Below are positions 13,431 through 25,720 of a stretch of 64,000 nucleotides of DNA, one piece after another. A program made the position numbers and the translations under genes. Source of the stretch: Takakia lepidozioides (Eukaryota > Plantae > Bryophyta); the NCBI GenBank assembly GCA_030704615.1, contig CM060734.1, positions 32,054,001 to 32,118,000 on the forward strand, read 5' to 3'. Position 1 is the first letter of the stretch. Each line of letters opens with the position of its first letter. The notes beneath the pieces are model-generated. The model saw nothing but the letters and a program-made list of their open reading frames with translations, did not search any database and had not been told where the DNA came from.

Positions 13431-14034
13431 TCTTTTCTTTCTTCTCGCAACACTTGTTGTCTCGTGCTACTATTTTTTGTTTTTTAGGCTTTCTGTGGAT
13501 GATATGAAGTTCCCTTTCTATGTTTAGTTCTTTCTTTCTTCTCAAACAGATATGTTCACTTACGTCTGAAGGGGCGGTGATAGTCCTTAGCTACATAGAA
13601 TTTCCTATTGACAGAGATTGAATCACTAGTAAGTACTACATCAAATCGTACTCCCAGCTTCTGGCGATGCTAGTCAACAGAGGTTTTGCAATCCCCTTCT
13701 TAGGTTGTGGAGGGTGGCACTTGCATAATGCGAACAGTGGCATATGTGAAGGTTCACCAGAGATCTAAACTTGGACCATTCGGGGAGGCATAAATGTTTC
13801 AACTGGGTTTCGAAGAGGCATTATTTCTTGTGTTTGAGTTGAAGTGCATTTGCATCTACCAAAAGATCCCCCAGACTATGTAGCCTTTCAGGGTGCCATG
13901 TGGTGAATGCACTAGCTGCCCTTCTCACACTTTTGCTCTGGTCAATGGACTTCATTGGCTTCCTTTTTTCATTTCTCCAATCCACCAATGCTCTGGAGAA
14001 TCGCTTTCTTTCCTATTACCAATGAATCCAGATG

Positions 14035-14630
14035 AGGTGGACATCACGTCCAGACATGACCGCAACAGACTCATTAGGAGAGAGCTTATGGAATTACATG
14101 TCCAGAGAACTTGGAAGCTACCCAATCTCACAACAAAGCTCCACTTCTATCGAGAGACATTCTTGGTGCTCCGCGACAATAGAATCTTGAGACCAAATTA
14201 CCTTTCAGCATCCTTATCTCCTTCCCTCCTGAGGGCATTGGGGCGGTTCAGGGTGGGTTCCCACAACCTACGGATAGAGAGTGGCAGATGGGAAAACCTG
14301 CAACGGGAGGACCGCCTATGTCCAGCTTGCATAGGGCGCAGCCAGGAAATCGAAACTGAAGAACACTTCTTCTTCTACTGCCCTCTATACTACGAGATCC
14401 GTGGGAGATTCCACTGTTTATTCAGTGGAACCCAAACTCTCACTGATGTCTTCCACTATGAGGACCAAAAATGCTTGGCAGCCTACCTGCACGAGGCCTT
14501 CACCCTTCGACATTCGCTAGAACATTAATTGTGGTTTCTGGACTTGTTCCTCTCTCATGTTTCCATTTTGTCCCATAAGCTCTATGAGCTTTCCGCGGAC
14601 GTTATAAAGTACCATTTCATTTCATTTCCA
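14035..14630 (+). mobile_element. LINE family B 3' fragment in a SEN2 intron
   Basis: The 3' part of ORF 13893-14528 reads TKLHFYRETF..RPNYLS..ALGRFRVGSHNLRIESGRWENLQREDRLCPAC..EHFFFYCPLY, followed by a (CATTT)n tail. Confidence 0.88.
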
Positions 14631-15448
14631 CTTCTGTCAATTTTTGTCTATTCCTCCCAGTCCCAAGACTTTGAGGGCTCTCCCATGACCCTGCCAAGGC
14701 TGAACTCAATTGTTAACTGGGCAGGGGCATGAGGTGTTTGTGGAGGAGGTAAGGAAGAGCATGGAAAGCAGCAAGCAGGAGTTTGTGCAGCTGTACAGCG
14801 CCTGTTGCCAATTACGCGCCAAGAAATGGGTGGCTCACCCAGGCCTTCAGTATGGGGCTGATTTCATGGCCTATCGCCATCACCCAGCCCTCGTCCATTC
14901 AGAGTGGCAAATGGCAAACAATGTCTTATGTGTACATGATGTGCATAGCCTGTAGACTCCTGACAACTATTGCTGCTCTTGAAGAGGTGGCACCAACACA
15001 GCAAATCGTGATTAGTACAGTCAGGTTCTCTTTGCTAGGAATTCTTACATAATTCTGTGGTTGTGCAGACATTGTTGCTACTGCACATCATCCCAGAGAG
15101 GGATGGCATAGATACATTGACTCCAAAGTACTTAGGGGAGTTTGCTGTAGAGTCTGTGGAAGTCCAACGTTGGTTCCCAGAGAAACATTATGGGGAGATT
15201 GAACATGTTGTCACTCGACATCAAGAGAGAGGTAGAGAGACAGAGGAGGCCAGGCCAGGGTACTCCGTTCTGTTTCATGTCATGTATACACAGTCAATAC
15301 TCGAAGCCACGTTGTACCAAGTTCTCAAGAATTCCAATGCCTTCAGACCAGTAGAGTTGTAAACTGAGTTTTTACGAGCTCTAGTCTCGAATTCGTTTAT
15401 CAATGCCACAATGACAGTCCTTATATTGTCTTTGTGTTCAGTAGGGGG

Positions 15449-16185
15449 CATATGAAGGCTGTTCTTCCCCATGAATGGCTTTTTTAGATACAATTGCTAC
15501 ATGGGAACTGTCCTACAACCATATGAAACAGCCCTTTTCTGCACGGCCAGGAGGATCAGGTACATCATCATCAGAGATATGTCATCCTCGCCCAATCCTC
15601 AATAGGTAACTCTACAGTGAAAACAGCCCCCCGTGTGCCACATCTGTATTCAGCAGCCAGCTGCAGCCCAGTGCTTCAATCCATCTAGTATGATGCCAAT
15701 GTCAGCACCAATAGAATGAAGTGTAATCAGATGGTCATGTGCAGCTGGCTAGGAGAGTTCAGCCTGAGTTTGCATACCCTGGTGGCTGAAAACATCATAA
15801 GACCAGCCATGCGGAAGGATACTACTACCAGACTCTGTCCTCAAGGGTATGTCACAGCTGCTGTTACCGCGCTCAGTCAATGAACACATCCCTCTCCATC
15901 ACTGTCCATACAGCATATGTGTCTGGTCAATGACAGCATTACGGGGAGGGTTGAGAGTCTCAAGAACTGGACGATATGCAAATCTTTGGAGACATTTAGC
16001 TGCAATGAAAACCATGGTTGATACTCCTGTCCACTATGAAGGATGAAATCCTAAATCATGCCTAACAAAGGAAGCAGACATGAGTAGCTCCATCAAAGAT
16101 CCCATTAGACTCTCTTTGCAACACTGAGGAGACTCACACCCTCAGGAAAGATGGGATTAAATGAAGTGGTCAGAAAATAACCTTC
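15449..16185. repeat. ~700-bp direct repeat, copy 2; overlaps the stop codon and 3' region of the gene at 16170-16715
   Basis: Collinear with 11260-11968. Confidence 0.9.
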
Positions 16186-16715
16186 TGTGTCTCACCTTGG
16201 TATCCAGGCTTTCCTGTCTCCCTATCAGCTTCTTCCGATTGATAACTTTCTTTGCCAGCAAATTCACTTGGCATCCTTCTCCCTACGGGCTTCTGCCCAT
16301 TGATAGCTTTCTTCTTTGGCGCCAAATTCGCCTGTTTCGTTGCATCCTTGAAAGCTTCTAAGCCATCGCTGATCATCTCAGCAATGAACTTTCGTTGTAG
16401 AGGAGTGGTCATCATGTGAATAGGACCTGTCATAGGACAGAAAATTCAGATGCATCAGCTACATTGAACTTAGGTAAAGAAAGGAGATAAAGGAAAGAAT
16501 CTAGAGAGAAAAAAAGGAAGAGCATCACAGAAGTATTGGAATTTAGCTTAGTGATATGGTCTCTCACCTGGATTGCACCTTGAAACTCTTGAAGAAGATG
16601 AAAGAGCCGTCTCCTGAAGCACCAAGCAAGCTGAAAAAAACAAGAACAAAGAGCGCCCACATCAACTACTCTCTATGAAAATACCCACAATCAACTCCAA
16701 CGATGCACTCTCCAT
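16170..16715 (-). CDS. Small three-exon protein (~116 aa) of unknown function with a hydrophobic N-terminus
   Basis: Exons 16715-16685, 16630-16568 and 16426-16170 join through GT-AG introns in phase (31+63+257=351 nt): MESASLELIVACLVLQETALSSSSRVSRCNPGPIHMMTTPLQRKFIAEMISDGLEAFKDATKQ...QKVIF*. Confidence 0.45.
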
Positions 16716-17461
16716 GTGTGGCATCCTACTTATACACCACTGAGCCTGCTGCTCATAGAACCTCGTGGGAAGAGAGAGGAAATTAATAGGGCATTGGAAC
16801 TAGGTAACAGAAAGCACTGAGCACGCTACAGGATGTAGGTTCTCGGGAGAGGAGATCCAAGCAGAAACTAGTAAGACCTCGGTAGAAGAGACACTTGAAA
16901 CACGCTGCAGCTTGTGGGGAGGAGAGATAAACAGGGTAGACGGCCGAGAAGAGAAAAGATTGAGCAGCATGCACCGTCCGATGACACTATCTGACGGACT
17001 TTATTCTAAGGGGTTTGATGCGTTAGATTTGAGTGAATCGTGAAGCTCCACGGCTGAGATTAGACAACGATAATCCGATCATTCTACGTTAATAGTTATT
17101 CATTTTTCAGATTCTGGATAAAAGGGTGACATCGCAGTGAATTGTCTTATGTTTCGTTTCTGTGTCAGAGCAGAGGCCACAGGGCAGAGTGATGACGACG
17201 TGTATGCGTGCGGTGCGGCTTCCCTCTCTCCTGATCATTTGAGCACCTCTGTCTTATTTTGTCTGGTTGCTCTTGTTGGGGGGCTAATTTGGGACAACTG
17301 TGCGAGGATCTAATGACTGCCTGGATCTTCATAGCTCTGGCACATTGCGGAGACCATATGAAGCTGCACCGTTCCTGATAAGAATCATTTGATAGAAACG
17401 TGAAGAAACATCGACGCTGCAGTGCGGAGAGCGCGGAAGAAAGTCAGGAGGATTTTGTGCA

Positions 17462-20213
17462 ATGAACATCTTTGGGCTCGGCAGGTTGGTTGCGTTTCTC
17501 TGCCCCCTCCCAACCCGCTCTTTAATTGGAATAAATGGATTTAGATGCAATTTCGACATGGAAAGAGTCCAAGTTTAGTGGTCATTGGTTCTCTCCAGTC
17601 ATAGATCTTGGCCAGCAGTAGTTCTGGAAAGTTTACATCTTCAACCGCAATACCTGTCGAAATTTCTCGTCTTGTGTGAGATCCACAATGGCACAGTTTC
17701 AGATTGAGAGCCTTAAGTTTGCTGGCAATTGGAATACCGCCCTTTTTATTCAAGATGAGAGGTGGGGAAGAGCATGCAAGCCAACCACCAACGGGCAACA
17801 GTGTTATATAATGCTTTCTTTGTTTCTTGCCGTGGGGATGCTTCAGGTATGTAACCCTGGTGGGAGCCTGTATGTGGGGTTTTGGGGCAGGAATCAGAGG
17901 ACATTTCGGCCTAAAAAGAGTTCCCCTTCTGGTAGTAAGGTACAACTATATATCTGTCATGGCTTATCATATATGAAGTGAGTTTCATAGGCCTCTCAGC
18001 TTCACAATGGGGTTGTTTCCTGTGACAGGCTTCTGCACACAGACAGCCGATTGAAAGAGTTGGTGAGCTGCTTAGGATTTACATGAACGTTGAAAAGTGG
18101 ATGAGACTTTTTTTTCTGAAAATACAGAGAGTTTATGCTAGACTGATTGTTTTTGTGTAAGAATTGATTTGGGTGGGGGAAAGCAGGGGGCACAGCTGCG
18201 CAAGCACATTGATGCCACGCTAGGAAGTGGCAATTTGAGAGAGGCTGTTCGTCATCCCCCAGGGGAGTCTTTCTGTCCTTGACCCCTTACTCTCCTTGAC
18301 CTCTCTCATTTCTGTTCAGGTTTAGCACTGACCCTCTTGTTGGGGTAAAAGTTTCCTGCCTTATTAAGCATTGGAAGCCATCATGCAATCTGGAAATTCT
18401 TGTAGCTGAATTGCTTCGGGCTGCTTGTTGAGCCCCACATTCTTTCTTGTATCCTGCTTTCTTTGGTCCAATACTCTCCTTGAGCTTCCGGATGTTACCA
18501 AGTTTATTTCTTTCTTCTTATTGCCTTTCTTAGATACTGCTGCTCTCTTTTCCCTCCCTTCCTTGCTCCCTCCTTGAATAGTTTCTGTCCATCTTGGTGC
18601 AAATCACAGCTAGTATACGTTTGGAATTTTTGCTCAATATACTCGGGTGCACCAGGGGGGAGGACGGGGTGGTGTAACAGGCAAGTTCTGCACCAGGCAT
18701 GACATCTATATTCTAATATGAAAATGCTCTGGAGGGTGTTGCAGCGGTGGACTTTTTCAACCAGGTGAACTTACTGTATGGAACGCTGACTGAGTTTTGC
18801 ACTTCAGAGATTTGCACAAGCATGTCAGCTGGACCAAAGTATGTACCTTCATTCTTTCTACCACTTTTGGTTCAATTTTCCCCCTTGATGAGGTGGGGAG
18901 TGTGACATTTCTATAGCTCTCTGTGGGTTGAAGGATTCACGCTGATAGTGCAACTGTCCCTCCTTCGTAGAGCTAGCCGTTAAGCACAGCAAAACATAAC
19001 AAATGAGGGACACTATTAGTTTATTGTTCAAGTTTTTGGACAGAGGACAGGGACAAGACCTGATATGAAATTTTATTGCAAAACCTCTTCACAAAACATC
19101 GGCAAAGCAAAGAATTACCTTATAGATCAAGAAGCCACAAGACAGCAAAACTAGCCAGTACCTCAAAACAAAGGCAGAAGCCCTCAGAAAACAAGAAGCC
19201 TGGATTTCTCTGGCGGACAAGCTTACTCCAAAACAAAATGCCAAACATGCCACCAAGGAAAACAATGAAGGTTGTGGCAAGTAGTGACTTGAACAATATG
19301 ATGAGAAGTGAAAACAGACTGAAGGAAGGCGGACTGCCACTTACTCCATTAGCAGCAACTGTACATTGAACCAGCCAGTCCGCTAAAGAGCAGTGAAAAC
19401 CAAATGGATACTGACAAAAGACTCCTAACCTTCCTTCCTGGGGTGAGGAGCCCAGGATCCCCCTGGAGACTTGGTGCAGGGTTCCCAATTACCAGATCCC
19501 TCGCTCTCTCTCTCAATCAGGAGTGTTAGAATAAATACTCATTGGAGTAGCTCAGTGAAGCAGAGTAAAATGGTTCAGTGGTGGCCTACAGAAAATACCT
19601 GATGGTCACCTTGTTACGCTTAAGCTCTCTCCTCAGAGATGTAGGTACGAATACAGATGGGCAGATGGCATACAAATCAAAAAGCCCTTGGAAGTCTCTG
19701 CGCCCAAGTATGTGGAGTATTTGATGGACTGGATTGAAGGACAGCTTGATGATGAAGCCATCTTTCGCCAGAAACTGGGTAGGCCAGTTTGTGCACATTC
19801 TCGGCAGGTTATTTTCTTGTTTTGCTAATCTTTTTTTTTCCATCTGACTTGATCTTGGGATCTGCCTCCAGTTCAACTGCTGTACTCTCTACTATCTGTA
19901 CTCTCTACTCTCTGCTGTACTCTCTACTAGCAGGGGTTGATGGATCCTATGTAGTAGAGGGCAGTGTTGTATTTTCATGGTCAGTTGGTTCCTGGGGTTG
20001 AGAACCTAGCCACACTTTGCAGCCAAGTAGGTTCTGTTGTTCTGCCTCTCCCTACCTCTCAAACCCCTACAGTGGGTAATCTGTGTGTCTCCGGCAAATG
20101 CAGGAGCACCATTTCCACAAAACTTCAGAGAGGTGGTGAAGACAATATTCAAGCGCCTCTTCTGGGTGTATGCGCACATTTACCACTCCCACTTTCAGAA
20201 GATTGTGAGCCTC
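17462..20213 (+). pseudogene. MOB1: MOB kinase activator 1 (MOB1) gene, deleted/truncated
   Basis: Exons read MNIFGLGR | NQRTFRPKKSSPSGSK | GAQLRKHIDATLGSGNLREAVRHPPGE (cut; EWLAVN and the splice donor are missing) | VDFFNQVNLLYGTLTEFCTSEICTSMSAGPK | YEYRWADGIQIKKPLEVSAPKYVEYLMDWIEGQLDDEAIFRQKL | GAPFPQNFREVVKTIFKRLFWVYAHIYHSHFQKIVSL. Similarity then stops (no EEAHLNTCFKHF). Confidence 0.88.
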
Positions 20214-21603
20214 TCTCACAGCAGCCCAATACTTTTTCAAAAGGATGACAAGGCCAGCCATAGAATGAACAGGATCAACCCTTTAGGTGCAATGTCATCC
20301 AGAGCACTACAGTAATTCCCACTGCTGAAGACCCTCAACTAGCTCTGGGAGGGCTAGAAACCTGCAAGCAGTACACCCTTGAGGGTAGGGCTTTGCCACT
20401 GTTTTTAAGAACCATTTTTATCTGCCTGTCCAGATTGCAACAGCAGATGTCTTAACATCTTAACATCCTCCCTGAGGGTAGAATGTGGCCAGCTTACACA
20501 TGGAGATGGAACATCAATTCTTTTTCTCCTGGGCTGTGTATTATGAGATTGGAGAGACATACTGTCTCTTTGGAGGCTGCTTATCCTTCGTAATTCATTC
20601 AGTAGAAAAATTGTCGATAGCTACCTATGCACCCTGTCTCAAGCAGCTATTCGGGCACTACTAGCGACGAATCCTGAGAACTACGTTCAATTGGTACAAA
20701 AAGGGGTGGATCATCCCCACGGCACGAGATGAATTGTCAATTTGTTGATGGGGTCTATTCAAGTCTTATGGAAAGATGCACTGCATGATTATGTTCCATA
20801 CATGATGCAATTTTGGATTGTGAATGTTCAAGTTTTATTAAAAGGTATATTACATTTTTTCTCCTTCAATATTCCCAATAAAGCTCTCAACGGCTTCCTC
20901 CCCTTTTCCTTTTTTAAAAATAAAGTTGCATAAAAGATTTGGATTCATCAAGCAATTTTGGATTATGAATGTCATTAAGGAAACTTTTGTCTAATTCAAG
21001 CATCATCGAAAGGAAGCAGTTGCCTGAAGTGACCCCATAGGTTGCACAAGAGTTGTTTTTTTTTTGTTTTTTTATTTTATTTACTTTTTTCTTCTCTGAC
21101 AGCCAAAAAAATCCAAAGGCGTAGTCCTTACTGACCATCAATGTATTCGCCGCAATGTTAGCATTGAATTTTAGTTGGGATAATTGGAGGGAAAATAAAA
21201 AATTAAAATGCTCATTCGAGCCATGAGTCATTTACACTGAAACCGTGAAGGATGGATCCCCGCAATCGAGCCAAGCAAAGAGCATGACATCAATAGCAGC
21301 ACTGTGAAATGGAGTTCCAAACAGAGACCCAAAAACAATATACTTAGTAGGAAAGCTCCAACACTCTCAATGTGTGTACTTTCAGCTGAGAACATGATGG
21401 GAGCCCTTGTTGATCTTCCTCAAGGATCAAATTCCATCTCATAGTTGTGGGTTGATGGTGGTTAGGTATTCGCATCCCTACCAACACATGTACAATGATG
21501 CAACAGACTGTCTTCCGACCAGTACAAGAGATGTCACCATCTGACAATGTGGTGGGGAGAACACCCCTTTGACTTCTTCCCGTCCGAGGTTTTTACAGTG
21601 TCT

Positions 21604-21951
21604 TGTAATGGTTTTGTTTGTGATTAGTTAGAAATAGTTATTTCTAGCTAATTAGGACATTATACATTTATATTTGTATTTTGTTGGCATTAGGACTTCA
21701 TTTGGTTCCATGTGCCAAGTGAGGTGGCGAACCTCACTTGGGACGTGAAGAGGTTATCTCCACGTAAGACGTAGGCAGGCTCGTCTTCTTCTAGTCGAGC
21801 CTCCCGAGGCCTCTCTCGCCGCCCTAGCTCTAGTACTTGAGATGGAGAGTGGGTGAGGTCTCTATGGTGGAGTCATTTCGCAAAGGTGCCATTGGCTTGA
21901 CTTATATAACGTGATAGAGTTGTTTTTCATCTTTTCACCATTTCCGTATCA
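21604..21951 (+). repeat. LTR-like segment (TG...CA), inverted copy at 31886-32233
   Basis: TGTAATGG...CCGTATCA is the reverse complement of 31886-32233 with scattered mismatches; a TATA-like TATATAA lies near 21903. Confidence 0.8.
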
Positions 21952-22774
21952 CTAGAAGAAGACCTGCTTACATCTATGAGTGCAAGGTGTTAGCATAGTT
22001 AGCACTTGTGTGTGGAAGAGAGCTTGATAGATAGCTCTTAATATACAAGGTGTTGCAGGGTTTGCAAAAAGAAAATTTTGTGGTATTTATGTACAAGAGG
22101 AGGTCTTCAAGGAGAGCCCCATTGAAAAGTTTGAGAGCTTGTAAATCTTGTTTTGTAAGTGTTGCAGGGTTTGAGGAGTTCAAGAAGAGCTCGGGTGTTA
22201 AGGACGTAAGCGGTGCATGTGTGGAGCATGGTTTCAGCTTGTGGGAGTCTTCAACTTCAAGCTTAGGAGAGCTATGAATGGAGGTAGACATCTGATTTTT
22301 TTTTGGGGCAGAATAGTGTATTTGTAGAGCATGCTTTGAATTGGGGTTTCAATCCCAAGCTTGGGAAGAGCATGTCTATGGAAGTAGCAAGTGCAGGGCT
22401 GGATTAGGAGCTCTAAGATATACACTATGGCCATGGAAGGAAGCACTATGAGTGCATGCGATGGCTAGAAGAGGGTATGCCATAGAAAGCTCAATAGCTT
22501 GTTCTATATTTGTTTCAATAAGTTTCATAGAGAAAGAGAGCTTGTTGTGTGGCAAATACATTGCTCAGGGAGTTAGAGGCACTCTTGGTGGCCTATTGAT
22601 TCTCAAGAAACCAAGAACAGTACCTCTGGTTGCTCCATATAAGCCATAGCTCGTTGCAGCAATCGTAGAGGCAAAGCGGCACAAACCCTAGCTTGAGCAC
22701 GCATGGGAACGCTTGGGAACGCATAGGAACGCGTGGGAACATTGCCCAATAGTTTGGAGCACCACCATTGTCCA

Positions 22775-23185
22775 ATCGGATGAACTATTGAGCCAGTGAA
22801 AATTGGCGCTCCTGGATGAGAATCGGTTGCAGTGGATGAAACTGCGCCAGAGGATGAAATCTCATCAGCGGATGAACTATCGCACTATCGGATGAAAAAT
22901 CACGGCGACGGATGAAATCTCGTCAGCGGATGAACTATCGCAATCAGATGAAAAATCGCGGCGACGGATGAAACTGCGTCAGCGGATGAAATCGTGGCAG
23001 CGGATGAACTATCGTGCCATCGGATGAAAAATCGCGGCGACGGATGAAACTGCGCCAGCGGATGAAATCGCGCCAGTGGCTGAAATATCGCACCGACGGA
23101 TGAACTATCGTGGCGGATGAAGTATTGGACCTGCAGATGAGAAATCGCGGTTTTGGATGAAATTTGGTCAGTGACGGATGAAAAA
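22775..23185 (+). repeat. Degenerate tandem array built on a CGGATGAA(A) core, in the retroelement leader
   Basis: About 20 GGATGAA-like cores at roughly 18-22-nt spacing. Confidence 0.85.
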
Positions 23186-23204
23186 TCGATTGTCTATGGA
23201 TATT

Positions 23205-23410
23205 TTTGGAGCCTTATGGGGCCTGCTTTGAGGACTATTTGGGGTCTATTGAGGCCAATATCTTGCAGGTATTGGGGCATGCTCGAGGACTGTTTGGGGT
23301 CTATTGAGGCCAATATTTTGCAGGTATTGGGGCCTGCTTGAGGACTATTTGGAGTCTATTGAAGCCAATATCTTGCAGGTTTGTGGAGCCTGCTTGGGGC
23401 TGTTTGAAGG
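23205..23410 (+). repeat. ~58-bp tandem repeat, about 3.5 copies
   Basis: GGGCCTGCTTGAGGACTATTTGGGGTCTATTGAGGCCAATATCTTGCAGGTATT repeated. Confidence 0.85.
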
Positions 23411-23581
23411 ACTATAGGAGTGTCTGCGGTGGATGCAGGTGCAGGTGCAGGTGTAGGTTCAGAATAGGAACCTAGTATTCCAAACCATAAGCCGCAACAG
23501 GTTCTCTACCCGGTTACCTTGTGGAAAGGGGGATTAGAGACAAACTGATAGCCGGTTTGAGTGTGAGTTTTCATCACGGAG

Positions 23582-25653
23582 GTGCCACCAGTTGCTGAGG
23601 AGAGTGCCGGTACGAACACCAGCGATACTAGTGGATATACAAGACGAGGTGTGCGGTTTAGGCCACCTTCACCTTCAGTGTCTTCTGAGGAAGGTTCAGA
23701 CTCAGAGTTAGGAGGATTCTCGCCGAGGGTGCAAGCCATTTCCGTGCCATTGTTGTGGGATACGATGGAGGAAATGTATGGAGCTACCAAGGGGCCACGT
23801 CGGTACTCGGGAACTGTGGGCACCATCGAGCTTGATGATTTCATACATGAGTTTGATAGTTGGTGTGATTTGCAGCAGATGCGCAATCCACAACTGTTTA
23901 TGCATTTTATGGCGTGGAAGGGGATGTTTCAGCACCTTGAAGGGCCGCCTATGGATGACTACCATGAGTTTAGGCGGGGAAATGAGGTGGAGAGGAGTGG
24001 CCACAATATTGGTCATCTGATTTTGTCTCCATCACTAGAGGCACAAGGGCAGCGGCGATACCAGCAGCTACACCAACATCCCCAACTGCAAGCACTATTA
24101 GTGGGACAAGTAAAGATGGAGCTGGGAAATCCATTCAAGCTCCTGCTGCAGCACCAACACCCGTGCCTGCCTTTAACCCAGTTGTGGAGTTCTTCGAGGA
24201 GTTGAGGAGAAAACTACCAGGGGATAAGGACGGAGAAATTGCGGAGCTTGCAAGAGTTCCAGCGCAAGCCTACTGAGAGTTTGAGGGAGGCTTACACGCG
24301 CATGAGGCGATTGATAAATGTAACCCAAGGGATTACGGAAGCTCAAGCAGTCCAATTCTGGTATAGGATATTGGACAAGGAGCTGAGGAGAAAGGTGCGG
24401 GATGCAACTCTCCTACAAGTGGACCAACCCACCTTAGCAAACGTGTTTTTGCTGGCAGAGCGGATAGAGCTCAATATGGTGGAGGAGCGAGTGGTCATGG
24501 TGGGGTTTGATAAGGAGACCCAACGAAGTGGGGCTCCTAGCCAACAACAACCACTACCCCAACATGCTCAAGGCAACAAGGGGCTCAAGCGAAACCCAAG
24601 GAAGGACAGAAAGGATCTCAATTGCAGAGGTCACTTCCTTCATTCTCAGGCCAACAACAGTCGGGTGTGACATGTTGGGATTGTGGAAGACCCCATGTTA
24701 AGAGAGATTGCCTGGAGAGAGGCAAAGGGCCGGCAAAGGCACAGCCTACACAACTACAGTGTGGACATTGTGGCAAGTATGGGCATGAAGAGGCCCATTG
24801 TTATGACTTGCATCCTGAGCTACGGCCAGGCCAGTTCCAAGGGAACAATGGTGGCCGAGGACAAGGCAATGTAGTCCAGAGAGGTAGAGGAGACAGAGGT
24901 CGTGGTGGAGGTCGTAACCAAAACCAAGGAGCACAAGGTCAAGATCAAGGTCATGACCAAGGCATGGTGGATAGGCTTGCCCAGCTAGAGCAACGTCTTA
25001 CTGCCATGGCCACTACTAATGTGGCGTCAGCTCCAAGGCCTGAGGTTCAAGCCCCACCTACACAACCTCCTATGCCTAGGGAAGACCAGATTGGTATGGG
25101 CTTCATGTGTAGAGCCGCACTTGCTGGACCATTGCATGTGGACTCTGCAGCTGCTGTCACTCGAGCAGCAACGTGTACTCCTGAGCCAAGAGGAGCAGAT
25201 ATGGATTTTGATCCACAAAGGGGGGAAGCAAGTCGACAGACAAGGCTTCCACAGTCTTTCACATTGGCTGAGACAATGCCAACTATGCCATCGATGACAC
25301 CCGCTCGCCCAAGTGTGTCAGAGGTAGAGCCACGAGTGCCAGTGGGGAGAGTTGGTGTGGCTCGAGAAATACCAGTGGGTGGTGCTGCAAAGCAAGGTGC
25401 AGCCAATACATTGTTGGGGGCGGCTACGGCTGTTTGCCAAACTCTATTGTTTTCTGCAATGACCATTGCAATGTCGGGGATTCGACCAGCTGTTGTGTTC
25501 AGACTAGCAGCTAGACTCTGTGAGAGTGGTGATGCATCGGCACTATCTGCGGGGATAGCGGATAATGTGCAGTGCATGGATGCCCTGGACTCAAGGGTGA
25601 AGACAGCCACAGGTGCACCAAGTATGGCAGCAGGCCTTTCTATTGATGAGTGA
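23582..25653 (+). pseudogene. Retrotransposon Gag (frameshifted)
   Basis: Capsid-like LQEFQRKPTESLREAYTRMRRL; zinc knuckles CWDCGRPHVKRDC and CGHCGKYGHEEAHC; RG-rich stretch; several frame changes. Confidence 0.85.
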
Positions 25654-25720
25654 GGGGAGTTCAGTGACATCACCTGGACCTCCTGAGTTAGCTCATTTGG
25701 ACACGGTGCCCATTACCTGG

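Larger units (their letters stand above)
12857..15362 (+). pseudogene. SEN2: tRNA-splicing endonuclease subunit SEN2-like gene, apparently degenerate
   Basis: FQLGFEEALFLVFELKCI (~13798-13851); LRAKKWVAHPGLQYGADFMAYRHHPALVHSE (~14812-14904); TLLLLHI..FAVESVEVQRWFPEK (15070-15186). A deletion/frameshift follows VHSE and the expected SVAK lysine is not found. The 5' start is uncertain. Confidence 0.75.

Noticed and set aside
22775-23410. Regularly spaced short repeats resembling a CRISPR array
   Set aside because: The cores are only 7-9 nt, the spacers are themselves repetitive, the context is a eukaryotic retroelement leader and there are no cas genes.
25047-25673. 208-aa minus-strand ORF
   Set aside because: Antisense to gag with no recognisable motifs.
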